Position numbers and translations under genes: made by a program
The notes under the pieces: model-generated
Seen by the model: only the letters and a program-made list of their open reading frames with translations
Databases searched by the model: none
Told to the model about the DNA's origin: nothing
Shown here: positions 12,610-24,649 of the stretch, piece after piece
Numbering within the stretch: the stretch's first letter is position 1
Layout: each line of letters begins with the position of its first letter
Source of the DNA: Octopus sinensis
Taxonomy: Eukaryota
Assembly: GCF_006345805.1 (NCBI RefSeq)
Contig: NW_021833026.1
Coordinates: 434,001-498,000, forward strand
Length of the DNA stretch: 64,000 bases
Direction of reading: 5' to 3'

Positions 12610-13062
12610 CTGGGCCTCCTGGCCTTCTAAGGGAGGATGGTAAGAGACCTGACGGGGTCTCACTCTTTCCCTACAAGCGGGAAAGCAATCGTCTGGGATG
12701 CGACATGCTCTGATACTTTCGCATCATCATGTCTTTCCTTGCGGCGGTCGAGGCTGGCTCAGCAGCCAAGAGGGCGGAGACGAAGAAGGCATCTAAGTAC
12801 GCCTCCCTGATGGACCGTTTCATCTTCGAACCGGGTCAGTGGAAACTTCCGGTGTACTTGGCCCGTCTACTCTCGTTTCTCTCGAAGATCGGAAGGTCAT
12901 TGGGAAGGGCGAGGAACGACCCCATGAAATGATGTGGCTTTTGAGCGCATCTCTCTCGCAGTCTAAGGGGGAACTGTTCCTCGATCCTCCTCTCGGCTGC
13001 GTTCCGCCTCTTAATTAGTGATTTCTTTACCTTATAAACTGTCGTCCTTGTAAAAAAAAAAA
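12610..13062 (+). mobile_element. CRE-like non-LTR 3' fragment (RLE) with poly(A) tail
   Basis: REDGKRPDGVTLFP, AAKRAETKKASKYASL and QRISLAV motifs; A-run at about 13051-13062. Confidence 0.8.
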
Positions 13063-13125
13063 ATTTCTACAACTTGTGATTCACATCAAAAACAAACCAA
13101 ATTCAAATTAAAAAACAAGAGAGAA

Positions 13126-13932
13126 TTATTTACGAGCGTAATGTATATTAAGTTTATGTCCCTCGCACACTTGGTGTCCTGAGAGAGTGTCCTTGGCCGC
13201 AGTCGAATACTGTTCATTGGTGTATTCCACGAAAGCAATGTCGGGACGCCCTGGAATGCGACGCACCTCCACGAAACCATTAAAACTTAATTTTTATCAC
13301 CAATCAGATACCTCTGGAACAGGTTTATCAATTCTTCATCACTCAGTTCTTTAGGTAGCCCATTTAGGAATAAAATGTTGTTGGGAGGCTGATTACTGTC
13401 GTTCAAAGAGGTCTTCAAATCATCTAAAAGTCCATAAAACAACCCCAAACCTCCCTGATTTTGCAAATTTGTGACCCCGGGACCACTAAATTTGATTATG
13501 TCAAATAACCCTGTTCCAAAGACCTTATTTCGTTTGTTGGCAGGCATGTTGTATTCAGTCAAAGGCCGTTTCTCTGGTTTGACATATGTTCCGTTCATTT
13601 GACTGATCACGTCTGACTCAGATTTGGCGAATGCTATTTTCTGAGGATATTTAAAGAGGGGTACAAGGGGTTTGTCGTAGAAAGGGAATCCCTGAAGACT
13701 TGAAACTGCCTCGGTTGCACTGGCTGGGTCTTTGAATGAGACAAACGCCTGTCCTTTCATTTTGAGACTTTTCTTACATTTTATGTCGATGATTTCTCCA
13801 AATTTTGTTAGCATTGAATAAAGTGCTTTTTTGAGGTCTTAATTTAATTATATTTGTGATAAAACCATCAACGTTGACTCTCTCGTTGAGATTGTTTAAA
13901 TAAATTGTATGAATCGCGCAAGTGTCACACAT
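13126..13932 (-). CDS. SNRPA: U1A/U2B''/SNF snRNP protein (two RRMs)
   Basis: HTIYLNNLNE..LKKALY..FGEIIDI..SLKMKGQAFVSFK..LQGFPFYDKP in RRM1; QPPNNILFLNGLP..GFVEVRRIPGRPDIAFVEY in RRM2. U1A versus U2B'' not resolved. Confidence 0.92.
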
Positions 13933-14399
13933 CACAACAGTTATCAACAAATATATTATTATTTCTCTTTTTTAATTAAATTAAAATCATTTCCTACTAA
14001 ATGGAAAGAGTCAATAAAAAGAAAAGTTAATAAAATTAAACTACATCTTGACAAGTCCAAACTGTTAGTTAAATGAAGAAAAAATAACGTGACACCTTGT
14101 GCTTATATGGCTTAAAAATCAAAAAAAGAGGATTTCTTTTTCACTGCAAAATGAGAAAATCAGGGGTTTATGATTTAAGGAAGGGATTCAGAAAGGCCAA
14201 TGGATGTTATAAACTAAATAAGAGACGATTCTATAAAAGTCCCCCTCGTTCAGCTGTGTGTCCTGTCAATCTGAAGATAACAGACAGAGGGAGATCGTCA
14301 TTTGGGTCACCAGTGTTAGTGATATCAGCCTATGGAAATCTAAATTGTTGAAAACACAAAGTTATAGTGGAAGCATTTGGATCAGTCCATGCTCACCAA

Positions 14400-14900
14400 T
14401 CCAAGTAATAGCACCCATATAATGATAGATTTGGCCATTACAGTAGAATTCAGGTTTTTGTCCATCTTTTTAAACAAGTTAGTCATCAGTTTCTTCCTGT
14501 ATTCCGCTTTAAATGTTCGAATAATCTCCATTTGCACAACGGAAAGATATCAAATGATAAGATATCAAATTATAAAAGGTTTAAGTTTTTTGCCCGTAGC
14601 ACTAGGCAAACATGATTGTAAAACGCTCCTTTGAAAACTTATCACAAGACTTATTGGCACTTTTGAAGGCAAGAGTTTTGTCAGATAAGGTACGAAAATA
14701 CTGTCCAGTTTAGTCATAATTGAAGATGTCCTCATTCTAATGCCCTTCTAAAATAGAAGAAACTTGTGTAACCCAATCCTCAACAGCAGCAGAACTAAAG
14801 TGTGATTTTTCATCGCAAATTGAACAGACTTTAATAGAATAACGTACGTTCCAGTAATCTAGATTTTTCAAATGAAGTGGTATTCGTTTGAATAATAGAT
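14400..14900 (-). mobile_element. pogo/Tigger transposase relic
   Basis: DIFNYD*TGQYFRTLSDKTLAF, SKERFTIM and MEIIRTFKAEYRKKL fragments with stops. Confidence 0.75.
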
Positions 14901-15150
14901 TTAGATTACATGGTGAAGTGATCTAGCTCTCTGACAACTCTCCTAAGTGACTTATTTTGACCTTCAAACTTGGCATAACGGCCGGTGTTCCGAGAATAGA
15001 GAATCCAGAATAACGAAATTGAATTTATATTGAAAAAGACTGAACAAAATTATGCTCAAAGAAAACGGCTGGTATAGAAAGGTATATTCAGAGGCCAGTT
15101 TGGAAAAGTTTCACTGTATACACTCCTTGACAAAAAAATGATTCATGTTA

Positions 15151-15864
15151 CAGTCCGACCTCTAATTGGGGCGCACCTCCAGGGGTGGGGCACCTCTTTT
15201 TTGGGGAAAACTCTGTTTTGGGGCATTATAAATTTTTTTAACCAAATTATAAAAAATCAATTAATTTTAACATCTCTATTTGGGGCATTGATTTTTTATT
15301 AAATAAAATTAATTATACCAATTTAAAAAATTAATATTTTAAGACACGTTTCATTTCAAATTATAGAGTCTTTATCCAAATTATATTTGCGGCAAGTGGT
15401 AACAATAATCTCAGATGCTTGGAATAATGTATCTGCGGATAATATTTATAACTGCTGGCAAAAGGTTTTTCGACAATCTCCATCAGACTCGAGTTGCATA
15501 AATGAATCATCTGAAGAAATATTTAATAATGTTATTGATGAATGTTTTGATGAAATAGAAGATAATGATCCAAATATCTATGAGAATATAAGCTGCGAAC
15601 CATCAATATCACAAATTTTAAGTTTGATGGAAAACTTAGAGACAAACATCTTTGATTTGATTCCAGATTCTCTTCATGATTTTTATGAATTCAGAAAGAA
15701 AGTGTCGTTAGGAATTAAAAATAAATATCAATATGGAGAAAAATTAACTGATTATTTTAAAAAATAATGTTCTTTTTCTTTATTTATTGAGCTTTTTGTA
15801 AAACCTCTTTTTTGGGGAAACCTCTGATTTGAGTCACTTAGTGCCCCATTTAGAGGTCGGACTG
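15151..15864 (+). mobile_element. Non-autonomous pogo-like element (714 bp)
   Basis: TIRs CAGTCCGACCTCTAATTGGGGCGC and its near-perfect inverse at 15841-15864, with TA on both sides. Internal ORF 15387-15767 begins with the pogo C-terminal motif AWNNVSADNIYNCWQK. Confidence 0.88.
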
Positions 15865-16819
15865 TAAATGTTATCTTTCTGAAGAATTTGTGCAAAATTT
15901 GTTTCTAATTAATAACTTAAAGTTATATTTTTTGTTTTTTAGTTTTTGTTTCTCAAAGAAAAATAGAAAAAGTTAAAAATTCAATGACAAGAAATGATTT
16001 AATAATTTGAATTTCTCACTTTCCCGTGATTGTTTTTGTTATCAAGCTTGCCTATTTCACTTTGCAACAAAAGCAAGAAATTATGAACCTCGCTAAGATA
16101 ATAAATTATCACGGTTAGAGAAGTTAGGATAATGTCGAGTCTAATTTAAATTAACAAATATACTAGTTCAATAAATTTTAAATTATGTTAAGCGTGCTCC
16201 ATAAAAAAGAGAGGTCACGTGCCCGAACACATATTCCGACAATATCATCAAGTCATCAATTGAAAATTTTAGGACCCCATTTGAACGGGTCGAAAAAAAA
16301 CGTGAGATTTATTCTGATGCAGGGAATAACTAAATTTTTTTCTATGCTAGTTGACTTTTAATAGTTTAGGTTTTGTTGACAGGCTAAAAATATAAAATTA
16401 CATTTGCCAGAGTTCCTCCATACGCTCTACTTTGAATTGTCATCTTATAAAAAATAAAATAATCTTCATTCTATCGGTATTTGTCGAAAGGTTGATAATT
16501 GCTTTTTTTTGTCTTTACATATTTTATCCGGATCTAAAGTTGCAATAAATTTACAAGAAAATTTACAAAAAGCTCTCAAAAAATTGAATAAATATGGATA
16601 GCAAACAAAATGATAGCCAATAATTTTGGCCCCTATCTCAGAAAAAATAGTTAAATACCTGAATCTGCATCTGTCAGTATGGGATAAAAAGTCGGATAAA
16701 TTAAAAACCTATTCAGTCTAATCTGCTACCACCAACGAAATTGTGGAAATCCGAGTTGACAAAAACCTTCAATGCTATCCCAAATAATAAGTTCGACAAT
16801 TTTGTTTACAACAAATTGA

Positions 16820-17110
16820 GCAACACAATTACATCGAGGTGAGGATCATACACAGAATTGTCACAAAAACTCGAAATAGAAAAGTTACACAAATATGACC
16901 TGAGGCAAATAAACTAGGGGTGATCCACCGGGCGAAAGTGAGAATCGTCCATGTCGTTATGACCTGAGAGGGAATTGTGTCAAAATTTTTCAAGAAAAAA
17001 TTGGAGGCGCTCGAAGTGGAGGACAAAATGAATGCATATATCCAGACACTGGTGTTGCGAAAAACGTTAGATAGAAAGAAAGACAAGACGCATTGAGAGA
17101 ATGGTCACTG
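16820..17110 (+). mobile_element. R4-like non-LTR 3' fragment (RLE end)
   Basis: EIEKLHKYDL..AKVRIVHVVMT*EGIV..AYIQTLVLRKTL; homologous to 28548-29052 and 38598-38843. Confidence 0.75.
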
Positions 17111-17419
17111 AATCTAGTTTCCGCGTCGATATGAATCTGCCTATCCAAGCTATGAATGTAGGACCTAAGAGAACGAAGTTAATGTAAAGAAATACATCAA
17201 ATTGAGAAAACAAAAATTAAAAATAACTTAATTTAACAAATTATTTATATGCTTATTGTAATCGCAGCCGGTCAAATTCATTATTTAAAAAACCATTTTT
17301 CCGCTACAAAATTTAATGAAGGATAAAAGTAAAAGAAAATCACTAACCTTTCAATATTAAAAAGGCGACTTTAGGGAGAAAATGATTTTTGAAATAAAAA
17401 GGAATTTATAAAATTTAAA

Positions 17420-17491
17420 AGGCTCCATTGGGGATCGAACCCAAGACCTTCTGTTTACTAGACAGACGCTCTACCACTGAGCCATGGAGCC
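17420..17491 (-). tRNA. tRNA-Thr(AGU)
   Basis: GGCTCCA TG GCTC AGTGGTA GAGC G TCTGT CTAGTAA ACAGA AGGTC TTGGG TTCGATC CCCAA TGGAGCC T folds as a full 72-nt cloverleaf with anticodon AGT and a T-run immediately downstream. Confidence 0.97.
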
Positions 17492-17667
17492 TTTTTTTCT
17501 ATTTACTTTCCCTTTTTAGCTAACTATGTCCTATGTTGCCATCTTTCTCTATATTTTGCTTGCACTCCTATGTTTCTTTATTTTAATTTATGTTATTAAT
17601 TGATCTTTTATTCTCTTTCTTGTTCCAATAATAAATTAGTTCTCACATTATTATTAACACATTAAAA

Positions 17668-18216
17668 TTAAAGATGAGGTTCGAATCCATAACACTTTAA
17701 CTCATCCTCCGTAGGCAATTCAACACGACTTGCTGGAATAAGATCTGGATCTACAAAGGGGAGTCCATTCCTCTCACAGTACTCAATCTCCAAAAAAGCC
17801 TCTCGTTTAGCCCAATCTTTTAAACTAAGAAAAAATCAAACAAAACCACTCACTTTCTATCAGGTTCGTATAATTTGCACAGTAAGACCAAAGTCACGAA
17901 TGTGAATAAAACAGTCATATTAACACGGTGAATAAACGCATCCCTGTCATAGTCCGACAAATCATGTCCGTAGGGTATATAGTTCTGTCCGTTGTTGTCC
18001 ATATGTATACTTTTATGTCGTTTGGGTCGTTCACTTGGCCAAAATTTGGGAGGTTGTTTTCTGTTGGTTCTTGGATGCCTGCTTTATTTGAAAGCTTGCA
18101 TTTTTGATTTGAATGATTCCGACTATTAATATAAGACATTATTAATTTAGTGCTTACCTTACGAAGAGTAAAGTTCGGTTAATAGAATAAAGCTTGGAAC
18201 ACCACCTAGAAAACAT
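17668..18216 (-). CDS. NDUFB11: Complex I subunit NDUFB11/ESSS (spliced; one apparent 1-nt deletion)
   Basis: Spliced translation NYIPYGHDLSDYDRDAFIHRVNMTVLFTFVTLVLLCKLYEPDRNLKDWAKREAFLEIEYCERNGLP/VDPDLIPASRVELPTEDEL matches ESSS (YG.D..TM..Y.PD...W..REA..E.NGLP...P..LP.E). A basic N-terminus starts at 18216; 5' exons are tentative. Frameshift near 17755. Confidence 0.82.
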
Positions 18217-18289
18217 TAAAATAACATTTTATTAAATTAATATTAAAAAATACTATTATCCAATTTTTAATATTTTACGGACCGGTTTT

Positions 18290-20090
18290 TTGGCGTCTAA
18301 CTAAACTCGGAAAAATTTAGTAGAAGAGCGTTCAGCCACGATTGGTTTTGCCCACTTTGCCTACGCATGTTCACTTATTCCGAACCCCGGGCAAAACGCA
18401 TTTTCAATCACAGACGGAGATTAGATTATCCTGCTCCTCTTGAAAATCCAGAAGGATCCCTTTAAAGATCCCCAAATCAGCCAGAGTTTATGCTGTCTCG
18501 TGCCTCAGCTGTCTTGTTGAGAGAGCACTTTAGTCACGTGACGCAGAATCCTGGATCCGCCTTTTTTGTTTCGCACCTCTCGTACTTGAAAACTTTGAGC
18601 ACTTTTCAGAAAATCGCAAGTCTCTGGGCTCTGAAATTAAAGCAAATCTAAAATCCCTTCTTGAAAATACTATTGAAGAGTTAATTGGTCAGCCTGACCG
18701 GGAAGACGAACATGTCCGCCCACGCTTGCGAGATGAGAAGAAGTGGATCAGAGAAAAAGTTTCTCGTAAATTCACGGTGAGGGACCTCCAGGGAGCACTT
18801 CGGATTATCTCCAACGACAGCACAATATTGCCGACGACACCTGAGATCTTGGATCTACTCGGACCCAACGGATGTGCGGCCGTTGCACTTCATAAAATAT
18901 TCACTGGATGTAAAAGTACTTATGGAAGAGACCTTTGCATGCATTTCCTCTTTCAATGGGGGCAGGATCGGTGGATTCGAGGGCTTGCGTCCTAGCCATT
19001 TAAAGGACTTGGTCAACTGATCAGGGAGTTTTAGCTATAAAACTGGACATTAAGAATGCATTCAACAGCCTGAGAAGAGATGTGATTTTTCATGCTCAGA
19101 GCTTATGCTTCCAAGACTCCAATACTTGCTGTGAACATCAAACTGCTCAATACACTCCGACATGCTTCAATCGCTCAACACTTCTCTGAAGTTGGCCTCT
19201 GAAAAATTCTAAACATATGGTTTGATAAAGCCCGATGGACTTGTTGCAAATTATCTCTACGCCTAGGTGGAGTTGGACTACGTTCGCCTTTCTCTCCTCA
19301 CGCGCCAGTTCCCAGTCCTCATCACCCAAATCCTACGTTACTCTAGCTGATTGAAAGAGGACCGGGTTTTCTCTGGAGCTTGTGAACTCTGGAAGGCATC
19401 CGGATTCCCCATTCCTTCCAACATCTCACGCCAATGACATTTCCAGCAAATCCTACATTGGATCAACACCGCCTCGCCTGTTTCGATGCGGCTGCTAGAC
19501 CCGAAAGTGGTGCGTGGCTTAATGCCCTCCCTTTCCCAGTCTGGAACTTTTCTCGATAATAAAAGTGTGATGATTGGTGTAGCAATGCGCTTGGGCTTTA
19601 ATGTATGCTCGGGGGGCCAATGCCAATGTGGTATTAAAGTCGATTCCAAAGGATTACACCCCCTTTCATGCAGAAGGAGTGCTGGCCGTGCACCCAGACA
19701 CTCCGCCATCAACGAGATCATTTCGGCTGCGTTACAAGCCGCTGGATTCCCTATCGAGCAGTAACTGACCGTGGAGACGGGAAACGCCCCGATGGAGTCA
19801 CCATTTTTCCGTGGATTAATGGGAAATGCCTCGCCTGGGACTCTACATGCACGGACACCTCGAAAACGAATCTGGTCGATTCGGCAATCAGCCCAGGGTC
19901 AGCCGCTATAAAGGCTGAAGAACTTAAAATCTCGAAATACTCCTGGAGCCATTACCAACAAATCTCTGGATCTCGTTGCCAATAGACGAGAGCCTCGGGA
20001 GAAGCAATGGCTGTTTCAAAGAATCTCCATTGCCATCCTGAGTGGCAACGTCTTGATCATTAACAGTTTTAGACCTAAACTGCCTTAATC
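18290..20090 (+). mobile_element. CRE-like non-LTR retrotransposon, internally deleted and decayed
   Basis: N-terminal ZnF-like WFCPLCLRMF..H, RT fragment KLDIKNAFNSLRRD, knuckle CQCGIKVDSKGLHPLSC..RHSAINE, RLE DGKRPDGVTIFPW..WDSTC and terminal WLFQRISIAIL. Confidence 0.88.
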
Positions 20091-20263
20091 TATTCACTAC
20101 ATTAATTAGGCAATCACGTTGTTTACAAAAAGTTATTAACTTGCAAAAAATATTTACGTTTTTTGTTTTTGTGGGGAATTTGGTTATTTTAATAAATATA
20201 TTTTTTTTATTAAAAATGAACTAATTTTGTTAAAAATACAATACATTTATATAAATAATTAGA

Positions 20264-22702
20264 ATGAATTTTCTTGGAATAATTTTGTATTCTTTACTTT
20301 TTATTTCTACGAAATGTGTTTTAAGCTGTATAAAACCAAATTGGCCATTGAAAATTAGTCAATCTAAATTTCAAAGTGGTATTGCCATTCGCTTAGAATT
20401 CTCGTTGGACACAAACATAAACTCTCAAAACATACATTCATTTGGACTATTTTAGACGCAGTTATTAAAGATGTTTTAAAAAATTTTACAGTTCCAGTAA
20501 CATTTGTTTATTACAATCGACAAGATGATTTTAATGGAATGTTTAGTTCGTTGATTGAAACCACTGAATTGAAATTCTACAAAATAAATGAAAAATATCA
20601 AAACTACTTTTTCAATTCAGAATGTTCTCTTGTCGGAAATTTTGTAAACATAATTACCATAAGTAATTCCTATTGCATATTTGATGATTTATTCGATTAT
20701 TTCCCGAACTATTTAAAACAGACAAGACTTGTATTTCATTCTTCATGCATAATTCCGTATTCTGATAACAACTATAATTATTTGATTCATTCTGTCCTTT
20801 CTTTAGAACAACAAGCAAAGGCAATTGGCAAATTCGTTCAATTTATTGGAGGAAATTTTATCGCAATTGCCTCCAGTACAAATAAAATGAACATGAATGT
20901 TTTGGGAGAACTAAAAAAAATAATTTCAGAGTTTGAGGTTTGCACCGGCCAAATTGGTATTGTATCAAATCTGGAAGAAATGAAAGAATTTTATTCAAAG
21001 ATTCGAGAAAAAAACATTCATTTGCTAATATTTTATGGGGATACTGCAAGTTTAAAGAAAAATAGGAATTTCATGGCACAAAATGGTTTTGACGACATTA
21101 AAATAATTGTATTTGAACACCACTATTTAAAATCCCCGTTTAACAAAAACTTGTCTGGAGTAATCCAAGTTATAAGCAAAGGAAAGTATGAACAAATGAG
21201 TAAAACTCCGCTGAAAGTCAAAGAAGCAATAAATAATTTTATTTCCGTATTTGGAAAGTCTCCACTTGTTAATGAAAATTTTGTATTTGAGTTAATTAAC
21301 GCGTTTATAATGGCCACGGTCGCAACCAAGGAGCATCTTTCGGAATCTTGTCCCGGATTAAACCTGAGTATATTTTTTAATAGATTTTAGGTAATCTGAA
21401 TCAAATAACTGCATGTTTTCATTCGGATTTGTTTAGAAAACGATTATTACAAATAAATCCATTATTGTCGACTCCGAAAAACATTTCGCAAAATGGATTA
21501 CTTAAAAATGATATAGAATATTGGAATATTGATAATAGTATGACTCGCATTGGAATATATTCCGAATCTCATGATAAAATTACCATTTCTGACATGAATT
21601 TTTACTCAAAACTAAAAAAAGAATTCAATTTTTCTTGCAAATCAACATGTCGATCAAATCAAATTTCTCTGCGCGGAGAGTACTCGTGCTGTAGCTTTTG
21701 CTTTACCTGCAATGAAAACGAAGCAGTCGATAAAACTCGTGGATTATGTCGAAAGTGCCCCGAGGGAATGAGACAAAATCCCAATTTCCCAGAAACGTAC
21801 TTTTTACTTAATAACTGAATTAGTTGCTCTGGCCTTAGTCTCGTTGATAGGATCCTTTCGATTACTATTGGTCGAATTGTATTTGGGTTGATTTTAAACA
21901 ATATCCTTATTCTTTTTGTATTAATAGGATTAGTCATCACGAAAATCAAAATGCAGATAATCTATCAAAATTTGATCTTAATTGTCAATTTTATTATTGG
22001 AAATATTTTTTCCCTAATATCTACTTTATATTCTATCACTGAGATTACAGATATGTCGTGCCGGGTCTTTTGAATTGTTCGAATATATTTTAGATAATTT
22101 ATTCCTTTGGATTTGCGTCCCTTTCGGTAATGTATTCCACTCTGTTTATACAAATGTTTAAAATATATCGGAATAAAATACACACAAGAAATCCTGATTC
22201 AGAATATAAAGACTTACAAATGACGTTTTTCGTCACATGGACAATTATTCTAATAGAGGTTGGCCTGTGTTTGCTAGTCACTCAGATTTTTTTTGAAATA
22301 ATTATAATCAGTACTGTTGACTTAACAGTAACGTTATTTCCCACTCAAGACGTTGTTATTCAGATGTGTACGTTTTCTAGATTGTATTTGATTTCGGGAT
22401 TTTTTGCCTTATTTTTAATATTCCCGACATTAATATTGGCGTTCAAAAAACGCAATAGCAAGTTTAACTACAACGAAGTAAAGTCTATTTTAATTTTAAC
22501 AATCGCCTCCGTTTTAATATGGTCGGTCTATTTTACAATATTTTTCCGATCGGATCCAGTTATCGGACGCTCTTTTTTACATCACATATTTTTCGTGATT
22601 CACCAAGTCACGTTTATATGTGCCATGTTCATTCCAAAATTATATGCAGCATTTGAAATAGAGATCGAAAGACATAACTTAATTTGGTTTTACCTTATTT
22701 AA
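20264..22702 (+). CDS. Class C GPCR (signal peptide, Venus flytrap, nine-cysteine domain, 7TM)
   Basis: Cys-rich CKSTC..CCSFCFTC..CRKC..C domain; 7TM motifs MYSTLF..KIYR, FNYNEVKSI and CAMFIPKLY. Introns 21368-21390 (23 nt), 21797-21823 (27 nt, restores the ninth Cys) and 22065-22093 (29 nt) give a continuous frame. The first junction near 20455 is unresolved. Confidence 0.88.
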
Positions 22703-24649
22703 TTGTTTGTTATTTTCTTGTATTTCAAGTTGAAAACCTAGGTCTTCAATTCTGAAATCACCAAATTTCTCACTCGAAAATTAGTTCTTATTTCAGCATG
22801 AATATTTATATTCTTGCTTACAAACTTCATCAAATAGAACCGTGTTTATTGAGATTGCTTCGAATCCTCTATTGATTAGAATGAATCAATGTTTTCATTA
22901 CGCCAAAGTGATAAAATTGTTTTCATTACGCGACTGTTGTTATTCCGAAAAAGATTAAAATTACTTGAATTTTAAGCTTCATTTGCTCAGATGCAGAGGA
23001 AAAATCAAAATAGGGAGCAAACTCTTTGTGTTATCTGTCCACAACAAAGAATGAAAGTTATTAACTAAATAAACAGATTATGTACTTATTACAATTTGTG
23101 ACGTAGGTTTTATCAATAATCATATTTTTGAATATTATTATAATTAGACAAAACAAGTCGGTTTTGAAATATTAGAGAGTAATTGATAGATTGTTATAAA
23201 TGTTTCAGGTAATTTAATATTTTCAAAAAAATAACGCATTTTCTTGAATTACATAAATTAAGCATTTACGTATTTCGCTTTAATCTGACAGTTCGTGGAG
23301 AAGATTGATGTACAAGTTGTGCACATGCATGACCAAAGAAGAATATGTCATTCATTTGCAAGAAATAGGTGAATATCCAGTTGTGGAAATGGGGTGGGCT
23401 CCAATTAAGATGGTACCTCGTCTGTGTGATTTCTGCCTTCAATGTTTGAATTCGGGAGAGGAGAGTGACTATGAAATAGATGAAGAGGTTTACAATCAAT
23501 AAAATATGTTTAGATTTAGATGAAGGATGATACTAACACAGATAAATAATATATTTTGACGTTTTTTACTTATAATATCGATTATCAAATTAATATAATA
23601 TCAATTAGGACCCGTTATGCCTGTCTGGCATCAAACTAAGTAAAAGTTGTTTCAAGAGAATTAACAACGGAATGTTTTTAATGGGATTATTTTACAGAAA
23701 ACAACAACAAATACCTATCGACTCATTCGGAAAACTTCAAGAAAAATTTATAAATTAAATATTTTATGTGAGACGCTAATCGTAATTAAAGAGACATTAG
23801 AGAGCATGCGTTTAGAACACAAACTCTCAGCTACAACGGAAAATCACCTGACAAGTATTGGGATGGATTTTGGGAGTTATTAATGAACGAATGAATGGAG
23901 AAAGTAGCCACCAGAGACATCAGTGAAACCTGTCCAGCACACGGACGTTTAGCAGGAGGCGGATCGGCAACAAAGAGGAGAAAACTGAAGTAAATATTAT
24001 CTTGTTGGGAAGTCTAAATCTGTGAATAGTCTAATTTAGTTTATAGTGAGTGTGAATTATAATTTCTTTAAATTGTGTATTCCAAAATGTCGTCTTATCA
24101 ATTTCTTATTGTTAATAGAACACCAGAGCGATCAATCGTAATTCTGAATTGATCGGTATGGGGAGATCAGAGATAAAATTTCAAGCAAATATGTCGCTAT
24201 TTGATGTAAAAAGGAAGATTAAGCTAATAACAACTCGAACCGGAAGATATAATCAAATAGATTACATTTATACCATAGAATAGTAGTGACTCAGAATAGT
24301 AGTAACTTGACTATAGATTTGAAATCTCTTGAAAAAACTCCTCGAAAAAATCTTTGAATTTAAAAAATTTGATACATAAGTCATATTTCCATTTCCCTTG
24401 ACAAATCTACAAGTCATAAAAAGAAACTATAAGACAAGAGTAACTAATGGAATTCCTACTTCAGAATTAAAAAATAATTAATTTCACTTATTTACAAATG
24501 AAACCAGGAATAATTTTCTTCTGCAACCTAAAAGTGAGTAGATCTAAAAAAATCGAAGATATAATTTATTTAATAAAAACAATAATTACAAAATAAGCAT
24601 TAAACAAAAGCAAGACTGAATCTACAAAGTGTGGACCAGTGTTATTTTC

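Noticed and set aside
17678-17688. Perfect B-box GGTTCGAATCC suggesting a second tRNA or SINE
   Set aside because: No A-box or cloverleaf; it is the antisense of NDUFB11 codons (YGFEP).
20264-22702. GPCR as a pseudogene, or TGA read as Trp
   Set aside because: The in-frame TGAs at 21816 and 22071 lie inside 27- and 29-nt introns. Conserved Trp codons in CLK and DYRK are TGG. TGA at Trp positions occurs only in decayed TEs.
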